From Eledone cirrhosa (Eukaryota), in contig OZ024763.1 of assembly GCA_964016885.1 (NCBI GenBank), positions 1,612,001 to 1,676,000 of the forward strand: a DNA stretch of 64,000 nt. The letters are read 5' to 3'. Below the pieces are notes generated by a model. That model had not been told where the DNA came from, made no database searches, and was given only the letters and a program-made list of their open reading frames with translations. How positions within the stretch are numbered: position 1 is the first letter of the stretch; every line of letters begins with the position of its first letter. Below are positions 52,031 to 64,000 of this stretch, one piece after another. A program made the position numbers and the translations under genes.

Positions 52031-54549
52031 AATGTCATTAAAATTGAGGTAGCAGGGATGTTTATAAAATATAGTTATGGGTCCCGTGAGTACATACTAA
52101 ATTTTAGTTTCAACCCAAGTATTTCCAGATATGAAAATTCTATTTTCATGTTTGTTTTTTTCCTTTGGTAGGCTAGGAGGAGGTGAGTGCTTTCACCTGA
52201 CACCACATGGTAGCGGGAATATTACTAGAATGTTTGTTTCATTTAATGTCATTAAAATTGAGGTAGCAGAAATGTTTATAGAATATAGTAATAGGTTCTG
52301 TGTGTGGAGGCACATGGCTTAGTGGTTAGAGCATTGGCCTTGCAATCGAAAGGTTGTGAGTTCAATTCTCAGACCGGGTGATGTGTTGTTTCCTTGAGCA
52401 AGACACTTTATTTCACATTGCTCCAGTTTACTCAGCTGTAGAAATGAGATGATAGGGACTGGGATCCCCATCATTCCACTGCAAAGTGGTCGTGGAGGTG
52501 CCACGGCAAAAAAGCACCCAGCACTCACTGTAAATGAGGTTGGTGTTAGGAAGGGCATCCAGCTGTAGAAATCAAGCCAGAATCAGTTCCCGTCCCACCC
52601 TTGCAAGCAGGGAAAAGCGGACGTAAAATGAAATGATGTTGAATGATGATGATGTGTATGTAACGAATTTTAGTTTCAATCCATGTATTTCTAAATATAA
52701 AAATTCTATTTTCATGTACTTCTCTCCATTGGTAGGCTAGATGCAGGTGATGAGTGCTTTCACCTGACACCACAAGGTAGCTAGAATATTACTAGAATAA
52801 TTTTTGTTTCATTTAATGTCATTAAAATTGAGGTAGCAGAAATGTTTATAGAATATAGTAATAGGTTCTGTGTGTGTATGTAACGAATTTTAGTTTCAAC
52901 CCAAGTATTTCTAAATATAAAAATTCTATTTTCATGTACTTCTCTCCATTGGTAGGCTAGATGCAGGTGATGAGTGCTTTCACCTGACACCACATGGTAG
53001 CTAGAATATTACTAGAATAATTTTTGTTTCATTTAATGTCATTAAAATTGAGGTAGCAGAAATGTTTATAGAATATAGTAATAGGTTCTGTGTGTGTATG
53101 TAACGAATTTTAGTTTCAACCCAAGTATTTCTAAATATAAAAATTCTATTTTCATGTACTTCTCTCCATTGGTAGGCTAGATGCAGGTGATGAGTGCTTT
53201 CACCTGACACCACATGGTAGCTAGAATATTACTAGAATAATTTTTGTTTCATTTAATGTCATTAAAATTGAGGTAGCAGAAATGTTTATAGAATATAGTA
53301 ATAGGTTCTGTGTGTGTATGTAACGAATTTTAGTTTCAACCCAAGTATTTCTAAATATAAAAATTCTATTTTCATGTACTTCTCTCCATTGGTAGGCTAG
53401 ATGCAGGTGATGAGTGCTTTCACCTGACACCACAAGGTAGCTAGAATATTACTAGAATAATTTTTGTTTCATTTAATGTCATTAAAATTGAGGTAGCAGA
53501 AATGTTTATAGAATATAGTAATAGGTTCTGTGTGTGTATGTAACGAATTTTAGTTTCAACCCAAGTATTTCTAAATATAAAAATTCTATTTTCATGTACT
53601 TCTCTCCATTGGTAGGCTAGATGCAGGTGATGAGTGCTTTCACCTGACACCACAAGGTAGCTAGAATATTACTAGAATAATTTTTGTTTCATTTAATGTC
53701 ATTAAAATTGAGGTAGCAGAAATGTTTATAGAATATAGTAATAGGTTCTGTGTGTGTATGTAACGAATTTTAGTTTCAACCCAAGTATTTCTAAATATAA
53801 AAATTCTATTTTCATGTACTTCTCTCCATTGGTAGGCTAGATGCAGGTGATGAGTGCTTTCACCTGACACCACAAGGTAGCTAGAATATTACTAGAATGT
53901 TTGTTTCATTTAATGTCATTAAAATTGAGGTAGCAGAAATGTTTATAGAATATAGTAATAGGTTCTGTGTGTGTATGTAACGAATTTTAGTTTCAACCCA
54001 AGTATTTCTAAATATAAAAATTCTATTTTCATGTACTTCTCTCCATTGGTAGGCTAGATGCAGGTGATGAGTGCTTTCACCTGACACCACATGGTAGCTA
54101 GAATATTACTAGAATAATTTTTATTTCATTTAATGTCATTAAAATTGAGGTAGCAGAAATGTTTATAGAATATAGTAATAGGTTCTGTGTGTATGTAACG
54201 AATTTTAGTTTCAACCCAAGTATTTCTAAATATAAAAATTCTATTTTCATGTACTTCTCTCCATTGGTAGGCTAGATGCAGGTGATGAGTGCTTTCATCT
54301 GACACCACAAGGTAGCTAGAATATTACTAGAATAATTTTTGTTTCATTTAATGTCATTAAAATTGAGGTAGCAGAAATGTTTATAGAATATAGTAATAGG
54401 TTCTGTGTGTATGTAATGAATTTTAGTTTCAATCCATGTATTTCTAAATATAAAAATTCTATTTTCATGTACTTCTCTCCATTGGTAGGCTAGATGCAGG
54501 TGATGAGTGCTTTCACCTGACACCACAAGGTAGCTAGAATATTACTAGA
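52031..54549. repeat. 220-bp tandem repeat, 10 units
   Basis: aatgtcattaaaattgagg recurs at about 52031, 52245, 52815, 53035, 53255, 53475, 53695, 53912, 54132 and 54350. Confidence 0.97.
52306..52652 (+). mobile_element. CORE-SINE with RTE tail, inserted in unit 2 of the 220-bp repeat
   Basis: A/B boxes, CORE-like domain, RTE 3' UTR and GAT tail; interrupts ggttctgtgtgt|gtatgtaacg. Confidence 0.92.
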
Positions 54550-55671
54550 CTAATTCTATGACATTATATTTATTTATTTCATTTTTTTGATGTTGTTATT
54601 GATTATGTAAATATTCAGTATTTATACATTTAATATGTTAACTTGTCCACTGCTGATTTGCTGATTTCAACAAAATTATACCCTCATGACAAACTTGTTG
54701 AACATTGTGGTATAACAAATAATATTAAATTATATTACCTTCTTTTTAAATTTTTTTCTTTCGTATTTTTCATAAAAAAACGAAAAAGGCAGTTTGCAAA
54801 TACAGATGTTTTTTTTTTAAATTTTATTTTATTATTTTTTTTACAAGAAATAAACTTGCTGAACAAAAATATCTATTAGAAATTCAGTAGAGTTAATAAT
54901 GCATAAGAAATGTCTTTCATAGTGTTCACCTTTTATATGAGGCAGCTATAAACCAGATGATTAAAATCACACCAAATGAGAGTCCATTGTAACTTATGAA
55001 ATATCACAAAAGATCCATTGATACTTTTGTTGTTGTTGTTGTTGATGTGGTTTTTAGTGGTGTTGTTGTTGTTCATGTTCTTGCAGCATTGTGGGCGGTA
55101 TTGTTGTTGCTGTTGTGGTTGTTGTTGTTGTTGTTGTTATTATTGTTGTCGTTGTTGTCGCCTTCAAATTGTAAGAATAATTTTAGTTAGTTGACATTTT
55201 CCAGCTTAAATTTCTTATGTGAGAATCTATCATGTATGTGTGCATATGTGTGTGTGTATATATACACACATACACACACACTTAATTGGTAGTTAGGGTC
55301 ATTTCCATATCACCAGGTTGTAAAACCTGAAAAATGCTGTCATTATGTTATAAAGACTGACACCACAACCACAAAAATGGGTATAACAGCACATTACCCA
55401 ATAAAGTGAATTATGAAAAACTTGTCTTCATATTCATTGTATGTATGATCCTGTAACTTCTAATGGAGTCATAAGGGTGCTGTATTGATATATGGCATTT
55501 GTAGGGCATTTTAAAACCTGGTGGAGTCTTGTTCTTTCAGTTGCTTCATGTCATGGAAACTTGGACAAGCACCGGCCTGGTGAACTTCAGGGCTTGAGAC
55601 AGACTTTAGAAATAATGGATAATAAAATTCTAGATCCTGTCTAATGTGTAATCTATTTAGATTTAGGAAAT

Positions 55672-56447
55672 ACTAGCAGAAAAACCATCCTTCAAACCAC
55701 TCTTCGGGTGGTTTTTCTACTAGCATCTTTAGTGTGCATATTGATATTATACGCATGTAGATATGATACATAAAATAGAATTGTAATTGACAATATTCAC
55801 AGAAATTGAAGAGAGACTGTGTTACACTGTCTTCTGTAATCAGTAAAGTAATCCATGATACATTTAAAAAAGACGATATTATATATAAACTGCATTACGG
55901 TGAAATGTAATGAAAACGAAAAAGGAGAAAATTAGCGACGGAAATATAAAGGTTATGATATAACGATGCAAATATATGAACATTTATATAAGTGATATGA
56001 TATAGCGTCCGTTATATCATAACTGGAAGTATTGACATTTGAAAATTTTAAAGGGAGTGAATCTTAAAATAAGCAATCATTATATATAAGAATATTTATG
56101 TTTAATCAACAGCTATGAAATTTAGTAGATAAATTATGTAATATTCATTCATTATTTATTCAAAGTAATTGGCAGTATCGGTAGAGGGTCGGACGCCATG
56201 CTTTGACGCATAGAGTTACGGCCCTTGCCATTCTGAGTTCAAATCCCGCCGAGGTTAACTTTGCCTTTCATCCTTACGGGGTCGATAAAATAAAGTACCA
56301 GTAATGCACTGGGTAATTGCTGGCCTTGTGGCAAAAGTAGAAACAATTATTTATTCAAAGTAATCCAACTTATTTTACAAAAGGGGTAAAAAAAATATAT
56401 AGTCAGGACACAGTCCTGCACTCCTTACTTTATTGTATTATGATAGA
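55672..56447 (-). mobile_element. Non-autonomous Helitron-like element, copy B
   Basis: Inverted homologue of 49215-51867 with a single satellite monomer. The end is duplicated as ctagcagaaaaacca...tggtttttctactag. Confidence 0.65.
56170..56346 (+). mobile_element. Deu/Nin-type SINE
   Basis: 18-bp target duplication TTATTTATTCAAAGTAAT at 56152 and 56347. Confidence 0.9.
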
Positions 56448-56463
56448 CAATGATAACCATCAA

Positions 56464-56874
56464 CCCTTTAGCATTTGCATTATTGTATATATACTATGGA
56501 TTGCCAGTATCGGTAGAGAGTCGGACACCATGATTTGAAGCATAGAGTTACGTCCCTTTATGATCTGAGTTCAAATCCCGCCGAGGTTAACTTTGCCTTC
56601 ATCCTTATGTGGTCGATAAAATAAAGTACCAGTGGGTAATTGCTGGCCTTAGCCTAAAAATAGAAACAATTATTGTATATATACTATCGTATTTTTGTGG
56701 TAAAAGCTTTACCACACATAATTATCTCACATAATATCGAATCTATGAGATTTTGATATTATTTATTATGAGAACAATACTTTAACAGCAGTGTGAGCAG
56801 CTGGTTACGGCTGGTGTGAAGAGAAAGAGGTGAAAGAACTCTGGTCGGATACGACCGGTTCAAATGCTAAAGGG
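56464..56874. mobile_element. piggyBac-type MITE with a single 72-bp unit and a nested SINE
   Basis: TCAA|CCCTTTAGCATTTG...CAAATGCTAAAGGG|TTAA; inverted homologue of 38547-39044. Confidence 0.85.
56498..56669 (+). mobile_element. Deu/Nin-type SINE
   Basis: 18-bp target duplication TTATTGTATATATACTAT at 56480 and 56670. Confidence 0.9.
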
Positions 56875-57485
56875 TTAAGTTGTGTTTTACTGCCTGCCTT
56901 TAGAGCTTCCCAGCACCAAATTTGGGCATTGGTGACTTAAAAATTACTATGTTGTTTCATGAAAGAACACTGCCTCTTTTCTTCTCCTGGCCAGCAATTA
57001 CCACATTTCATCTACCTTAGCTTTAACTTTCCAATATCTGCAGAAAACATTCTGTTCGGACCATGTAAAACACAGTAATCTGGTCTCTGTCTTGTCAAAG
57101 GTAAACGTCTGTGAAATCTTTAACAAGAAATTCAGTAATACACATTTCGGTATTTCGATTCCTTCATGATTTTCAAGTCACTTAACTCACATATGGTATT
57201 GTTAAGAAGTCTGCTAATCTTGTTGCTGACAATTTCTGCTGCAGAAATTTTCTAGAGAAGTCTGTCTGTGAGGAGAATTTGTACGATTTAGTAAGCTTTT
57301 AAAAAAATTTAATTTTGTCGACCATGCTAACATAAAACGATATTTTGACTGCCTGGTTGCAGTTAGCCAATCAGAATGTTGACATCATTCTTACAAGAAT
57401 GAACAATGGTGTGGAAGTGGTGAAGGGTCATTTTCAAAGTCTCAAAACAATTAAAAAAAGAAAAAAAGAAAAAAAGAAAACAAAA

Positions 57486-57685
57486 NNNNNNNNNNNNNNN
57501 NNNNNNNNNNNNNNNNNNNNNNNNNNNNNNNNNNNNNNNNNNNNNNNNNNNNNNNNNNNNNNNNNNNNNNNNNNNNNNNNNNNNNNNNNNNNNNNNNNNN
57601 NNNNNNNNNNNNNNNNNNNNNNNNNNNNNNNNNNNNNNNNNNNNNNNNNNNNNNNNNNNNNNNNNNNNNNNNNNNNNNNNNNNNN
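57486..57685. other. Assembly gap (200 N)
   Basis: Run of N. Confidence 1.
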
Positions 57686-57708
57686 TTTGGCTTCGTTATT
57701 AAAGATGT

Positions 57709-57763
57709 ACTGCTATATATATTTCGGTGACAGCCATCATTGGCTGTGACCTCTTCAGGCAGT
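57709..57763 (-). ncRNA. Type I hammerhead ribozyme (family C)
   Basis: Minus strand ACTGC-CTGAAGA-GGTcACAGCCA(atga)TGGCTGTcACC-GAAA-TATATA-TA-GCAGT. Intact core, 5-bp stem I, 10-bp stem II. Confidence 0.85.
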
Positions 57764-57944
57764 CCGAATTGGTGTGGTAGAGACAGGTACACATGTTGTT
57801 GAAGTGTTTTACTCCATCAATACTCCGATATGTCCAGCTCCTGGTTGGGTTGTTCAACCAACTTATACTCAAAATATATATATGAAGTAATTCCGTTGGC
57901 AAAGTCCAGGAAAAAAGAGTGCTCTATGTAGGTAACAGAGCTTA

Positions 57945-58082
57945 ATAGTTATGTAATAAACAACATAAGGCAATTATTTCATTTACCAGTGGTTTCTTAA
58001 TGATTGATAGAAACATTTTTTTGCTTTTAAGAAACCACTGGTAAATGAAATAATTGCCTTATGTTGTTTATTACATAACTAT
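57945..58082. repeat. Perfect 56-bp inverted repeat with 26-nt spacer
   Basis: 57945-58000 is the reverse complement of 58027-58082; abuts (TA)n. Confidence 0.92.
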
Positions 58083-58260
58083 ATATATATATATATATAT
58101 TTATTAAAATAACAGATTAAAGTTTAAGCAAAGAATCGCTGCTTTCACCCTTAACGGGATCTTCTGAAACTAACAAAGTCAATCTGTAAACGCAGAACTG
58201 GATATTTAAAAAAACGTTGCAACCGGAGGAAGACATTTTAGTCTTCAATTTTATTATTAT

Positions 58261-58299
<39 letters not shown>

Positions 58300-58888
58300 A
58301 GATGCAGTGTGCAAGTGAGGAAACAATGGTGGTTTGGACAGGAATATTGGATGATGTCAGTGGAAGGAAGCTATAGAAGGCATATGTCTCTCTTATAAGG
58401 ATGGGAGAGAGAGAGACATAGAATAAATGAGATCTAAGAGAAGCAAAGTGTAAATGAAAGTTGTAAAGAAAAAGTTGTAATTAAGGCAGAATTTCTGTAA
58501 ACTAAGGAAGGTGTTTATTATTGTTGTTGGTGGTGGTGGTGGGGAGGAGAGGGGTATATAAATGGTATATAGATGGTGGCAGCGATGGTGGTGTTGGTGA
58601 GGAGGAGAGGTATATGAAGTGATGGTGGTGATGGTGGGGGACGGCACATGAAGCTGTGTTTTAGAAGATGAAAAGAAACAAAATAACAGAATGAAGGATT
58701 GTCAGTTTGACTGAAAATTTTATAGTAAGGTAATGGTGTGTGGGTGGGTGTGTATGTGAGAGAGAGAGAAAGAGAGAGACTAAAAGGGTGTGTTTGTATG
58801 TATGTGTGTGTATGTGTGTGTGTGTGTGTTTGAGATGAAACGTGTGTAACATGTAATAATTGAAGTAGAAGAGCCTTAAATGTTGTTT

Positions 58889-59707
58889 TATGTCACACTT
58901 GGAGGGTGTATAATCTACATCAACAGGGTGTATATAAGACACTGAATATATAATAGCTGTAGTACTGTGCTATGTCACACTTGGAGGGTGTATAATCTAC
59001 ATCAACAGGGTGTATATAAGACACTGAATATATAATAGCTGTAGTACTGTGCTATGTCACACTTGGAGGGTGTATAATCTACATTAACAGGGTGTATATA
59101 AGACACTGAATATATAATAGCTGCAGTACTGTGTTATGTCACACTTGGAGGGTGTATAATCTACATCAACAGGGTGTATATAAGACACTGAATATATAAT
59201 AGCTGCAGTACTGTGTTATGTCACACTTGGAGGGTGTATAATCTACATCAACAGGGTGTATATAAGACACTGAATATATAATAGCTGTAGTACTGTGTTA
59301 TGTCACACTTGGAGGGTGTATAATCTACATTAACAGGGTGTATACAAGACACTGAATATATAATAGCTGCAGTATTGTGTTATGTCACACTTGGAGGGTG
59401 TATAATCTACATCAACAGGGTGTATATAAGACACTGAATATATAATAGCTGTAGTACTGTGTTATGTCACACTTGGAGGGTGTATAATCTACATCAACAG
59501 GGTGTATATAAGACACTGAATATATAATAGCTGTAGTACTGTGCTATGTCACACTTGGAGGGTGTATAATCTACATCAACAGGGTGTATATAAGACACTG
59601 AATATATAATAGCTGCAGTACTGTGTTATGTCACACTTGGAGGGTGTATAATCTACATCAACAGGGTGTATATAAGACACTGAATATATAATAGCTGTAG
59701 TACTGTG
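58889..59707. repeat. 82-bp tandem repeat, 10 copies
   Basis: tatgtcacacttggagggtgtataatctacatcaacagggtg...gtactgtg recurs every 82 bp. Confidence 0.97.
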
Positions 59708-60504
59708 TGTATGTATTTGCATGTATGTATGTGTGTGTACATGCATGTATGAGTGTGTGTGTGTATGTCTGTACATGCTGTGTGTATGTCTGTACCTCTG
59801 TATGTACATGCATGTGTGTGTATATCTGTATTTGTGTGTGTGTGTATATCTGTATTTGTGTGTGTGTGTATGTCTGTCTCTACCATTGTGTGTACATGCA
59901 AGTGTGTGTATATGTATTGTGTGTACATACAAGTGTGTGTATGTCTCTACCATTGTGTGTACATACATACAAGTGTGTGTATGTCTCTACCATTGTGTAC
60001 ATGCAAACATTTTACAAGCAAATGAAGGGGGGGGGGGGGGGGAGAGGGGGTTCAAAACAAGAAAAAGAAGAGAAAGAACAAAGAAAAGATGAAGAAAGGA
60101 ATTAAAAGGAAGTAGAAGAATAAGAAGAGGGAAAGGAGAGACGGTGAAAGAGAGATGGATAGATAGATAGATAGAGTTGGCTGGACATGAAGAGAGAGAG
60201 AGAGAGATAGAGAGAAAGAGAGAGAGATGGATAGACAGAAAGTTGGCTAGACATGAAGAGAGAGAGATAGTATTTTGTCCATCCAATAGTTGGTTATCAG
60301 AGAGAGAGAAGAATGTGAAAGAGATGGATAGATAGATAGATAGATAGATGGATGGATGGAGAGAGGGATGGATGGAATAGTATTTTGTCCATTCAATAGT
60401 TGATGTGATTCTCAGATAGATTTTATTTCTGTTAATGGTGGCTTTCTTTCTAACTTGCAAAACAAAGAGGAACAGTTAACATCCATTAATATCTACACTA
60501 GTTG

Positions 60505-62207
60505 ACCACCACTACTACTATCAGTACTACTACCACCACCACTACCAGCACCATTACTACTACCATCACCAACACTACTACTACTACTAACATCACTGTT
60601 ACTGTTTCCACCACTATTACAGCTACAGCAACAACTTTAACAATAACAGTTACAATAACAGCAACAATAGCAATAACAGTTACAATAACAGCAACAATAG
60701 CAATAACAGTTACAATAATAGCAACAATAGCAACAGCTTTAACAGTTACAATAGCAGCAACAATAGCAGTTACAATAGCAATAACAGTTACAATAACAGC
60801 AACAATAGCAATAACAGTTACAATAATAGCAACAATAGCAACAACTTTAACAATAACAGTTACAATAGCAGCAACAATAGCAGTTACAATAGCAATAACA
60901 GTTACAATAACAGCAACAATAGCAGTTACAATAGCAACAAAAGTTACAATAACAGTTACAATAACAGTTACAATAACAGCAATAACAGTTACAATAACAG
61001 CAACAGTAACTAGAATAACTGCGACAATAACTACAGTAACTGTAATAACTGCGAGCATATAAGCAACAGCAATAAAACCAACTGTAATGGCAGCAAAAAC
61101 AGCAACAGCAATAACAAAAAACAGCAATAATAACAAAACACAGCAATAACAACTACAGCAAATGTAATAACTGCAATAAAACCAACTGTAACAACAACAA
61201 CAATGAAAAAAAAGCAATAACAACAACTTCAGCAACAACAGCAATAATAATAACAACAACAATCCCAAGTCTGTAATGATCTTATGTTAATCTATTGAAC
61301 TAACAATAAATGTAATAACTACATCAACAACAGCAATAACAACTACAGCAACAGCAACAATAACAGCAACAATAACTACAACAACAACAACCCCAAGTCT
61401 CTAATGATCCTATGTTAATCTATTGAACTAACAATAAATGTAATAACATCAGCAATAACAACTACATCAACTACAACAACAGCAATAACAACTACAGCAA
61501 CAGCTACAACAACAACAATAACAACAACCTGTAATGATCTTATGTTAATCTATTGAACTAACAATAAATGTAATAACAGCAACAGCAACTACATCAACAA
61601 CAGCAATAACAACTACAGCAACAGCTACAACAACAACAACTACAACAACCCCCAAGTCTCTAATGATCCTATGTTAATCTATTGAACTAACAATAAATGT
61701 AATAACAGCAACAGCAACTACATCAACAACAGCAATAACAACTACAGCAACAGCTACAACAACAACAACTACAACAACCCCCAAGTCTCTAATGATCCTA
61801 TGTTAATCTATTGAACTAACAATAAATGTAATAACAGCAACAGCTACAACAACAACAACAATAACAGCAACAGCAACAGCTACAACAATAACAGCAACAG
61901 CAACAACAACAGCAACAACAACAACAGCAACAGCTACAACAACAACAACAGCAACAGCAACAGCTACAACAACAACAACAATAACAGCAACAGCAACAAC
62001 AACAGCTACAACAACAACAACAAGTCTCTAATGATCCTATGTTAATCTATTGAACTAACAATAAATGTAATAACAGCAACAGCTACAACAACAACAACAA
62101 TAACAGCAACAGCTACAACAACAGCAACAGCAACAACAACAACAACAGCAACAACAACCCCAAGTCTCTAATGATCCTATGTTAATCTATTGAACTAACA
62201 ATAAATG
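60505..62207. repeat. (CAA/CAG/TAA) trinucleotide region with 7 interspersed ~50-bp units
   Basis: taatgatc(c/t)tatgttaatctattgaactaacaataaatg occurs 7 times between 61264 and 62207. Confidence 0.92.
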
Positions 62208-62754
62208 GAGGAGAAAGAAACATCAAAATGAAGACTTTCTCTTTTGTTTCATTACTTTTTACTGTCTTACCTCTGTAAGGTGTCTCTCTGTCTTATATAT
62301 ATGTGTGTGTAGATGTGTGTGTGTGTGTGTATATGTGTGTGTGTATGTGTAGATATGTGAGTCTGTGTGTCTGTGTGTGTATGTATATGTGTATATATGT
62401 TTTTATGTGTGTATATATATATATATATATGTGTGTATATATATGTGTGTGTGTATATATATGTGTGTGTGTATATATATGTGTGTGTGTATATATATGT
62501 GTGTGTGTGTATATATGTGTGTGTGTGTATATATATATATGTGTGTATATATATATATATGTGTGTGTATATATATATATAAATGTATGTTTGCATATAT
62601 ATATATATGTTTGTATATGCATGTGTATATATGTTTGTATATGCATGTGTATATGTATATATATATATATATATATATTTGTATATATGTGTGTGTATAT
62701 ATATATATATAAGTATATCTGTTTGTGGGTATATGTATTTGTGTGTATACTCTT

Positions 62755-62796
<42 letters not shown>

Positions 62797-63251
62797 TGTC
62801 TATATATATGTACATGTCTATATATATATATACATACACACATACACACATATATATATATATATATACATACATACACACACACATCTATCTACACCTC
62901 ACCACACTCTCTCTCCAGCCTATCATCCTATCATTGGAGTTGAAGTGCACCTGAGCACTAAACACAACATTTCATTATTATTATTATTATTATCATCCTA
63001 TCCTTTCCTATAATATATAACTATAAGCAGTATTTAGTCTTCTCATTTCATGTCTTTTAGTCAGTTTATCCAACAACTCTTACTAAATTACTATGAAGAC
63101 AACACTAAAACTCAACTTACTCTCACAAAAAACTACAAATTATTATTCATAGCTACAAACATAACTTATTGGTATTTCTTGTAAGAATTGCACTGTTCAC
63201 TTTTTTCTTTTTCTTTGTATTGTGTCTTGGGTTTGTGTGTGTGTATGTATG

Positions 63252-63297
<46 letters not shown>

Positions 63298-63640
63298 AGG
63301 GTGTTAAAGTTTGCTTGAAGCATTGTGAAATGTGTAAAATACGTAATTTAGAAAGCCACAACAATGCAGAAACATTCTATCTCTAACATCCTTTCCCAAC
63401 ACACACACACACACACACACACAATAAACGCAACCTCACCAATGCACAATTTAATACTCTCACCAACCTAAGATCCAGGAACCTTGTGTACCTTCCCTCT
63501 GACAAGGGGAAAGAATTCTGTGTCATCTCGAGAGAGACCTACAACAACTTAGCTCTCCAACATCTTAATGACCACAGCCATATATCTGCATTGTTGTGGC
63601 TTTCTAAATTACGTATTTTATATATATATATATATATATA

Positions 63641-63835
63641 TCGTTTCTGAATTTGTTTAGCAAGATTCTTTATCTGAAATCGTGTGTTGAAACCGATATT
63701 GTTATACTTTGGGAGGGTCATGTTGCCAATAAGAAACACACGCACCAGTTGCTTTCACTTCAATTTATTATATATTTATAAATTTCTGGTTGGTTGGTTG
63801 GTTCCACAACCAGATAGTTGTTTATATATTGTCAT
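63641..63835. mobile_element. Second copy of the (TA)n-embedded repeat at 10549
   Basis: Shares direct and inverted segments with 10549-10824. Confidence 0.65.
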
Positions 63836-63849
63836 AGCTATATATATAT

Positions 63850-63886
<37 letters not shown>

Positions 63887-63887
63887 G

Positions 63888-63945
<58 letters not shown>

Positions 63946-64000
63946 CTATATATATATATATATATATATATAGCTATATATATATATATATATCTATATA

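Noticed and set aside
52781-54526. Repeated 70-aa ORF
   Set aside because: By-product of the 220-bp tandem repeat; non-ATG start and no recognisable domain.
56880-57485. Higher-complexity unique sequence, possible exon or transposase relic
   Set aside because: Only short open frames and no motif I recognise; BLASTX would be needed.
58134-58182. Minus-strand CAGAAGA-TCCC..GGGT-GAAAGCAGC (similar GGGTGAAAGTAGC at 498-510)
   Set aside because: Core mutated or absent and no stem I; at most a decayed ribozyme.
61264-62207. CRISPR-like repeat-spacer appearance
   Set aside because: Spacers are related microsatellites of uneven length, there are no cas genes, and the context is eukaryotic.

Overview
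AT-rich, repeat-saturated animal genomic DNA with no recognisable host gene. The mix of CORE- and Deu/Nin-type SINEs, RTE LINEs and (TA)n/(CA)n microsatellites suggests a cephalopod such as octopus, but this is inference. The only credible coding sequence is 5'-truncated RTE-clade reverse transcriptase (3270-4673 -, 39259-40512 +, 10872-11335 +). The two longer copies carry a PHD-like finger just after the RT core. Nearly all other long ORFs are artefacts of tandem repeats. The window also holds two SINE families, TTAA (piggyBac-type) and TA (mariner-type) MITEs, two inverted copies of a Helitron-like element, satellites of 13, 21, 26/30, 32, 48, 72, 82 and 220 bp, and a 200-N gap. There are three main signals. 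(1) Short non-coding elements, mostly beside (TA)n, carry five complete type I hammerhead ribozyme motifs from three sequence families, and three more are fold-back palindromes centred on hammerhead stem II (Penelope pLTR/retrozyme-like). (2) Three satellites can be traced to an unexpanded parent transposon copy in the same window. (3) One SINE family appears to have inserted independently at the same nucleotide in two pairs of homologous sites.
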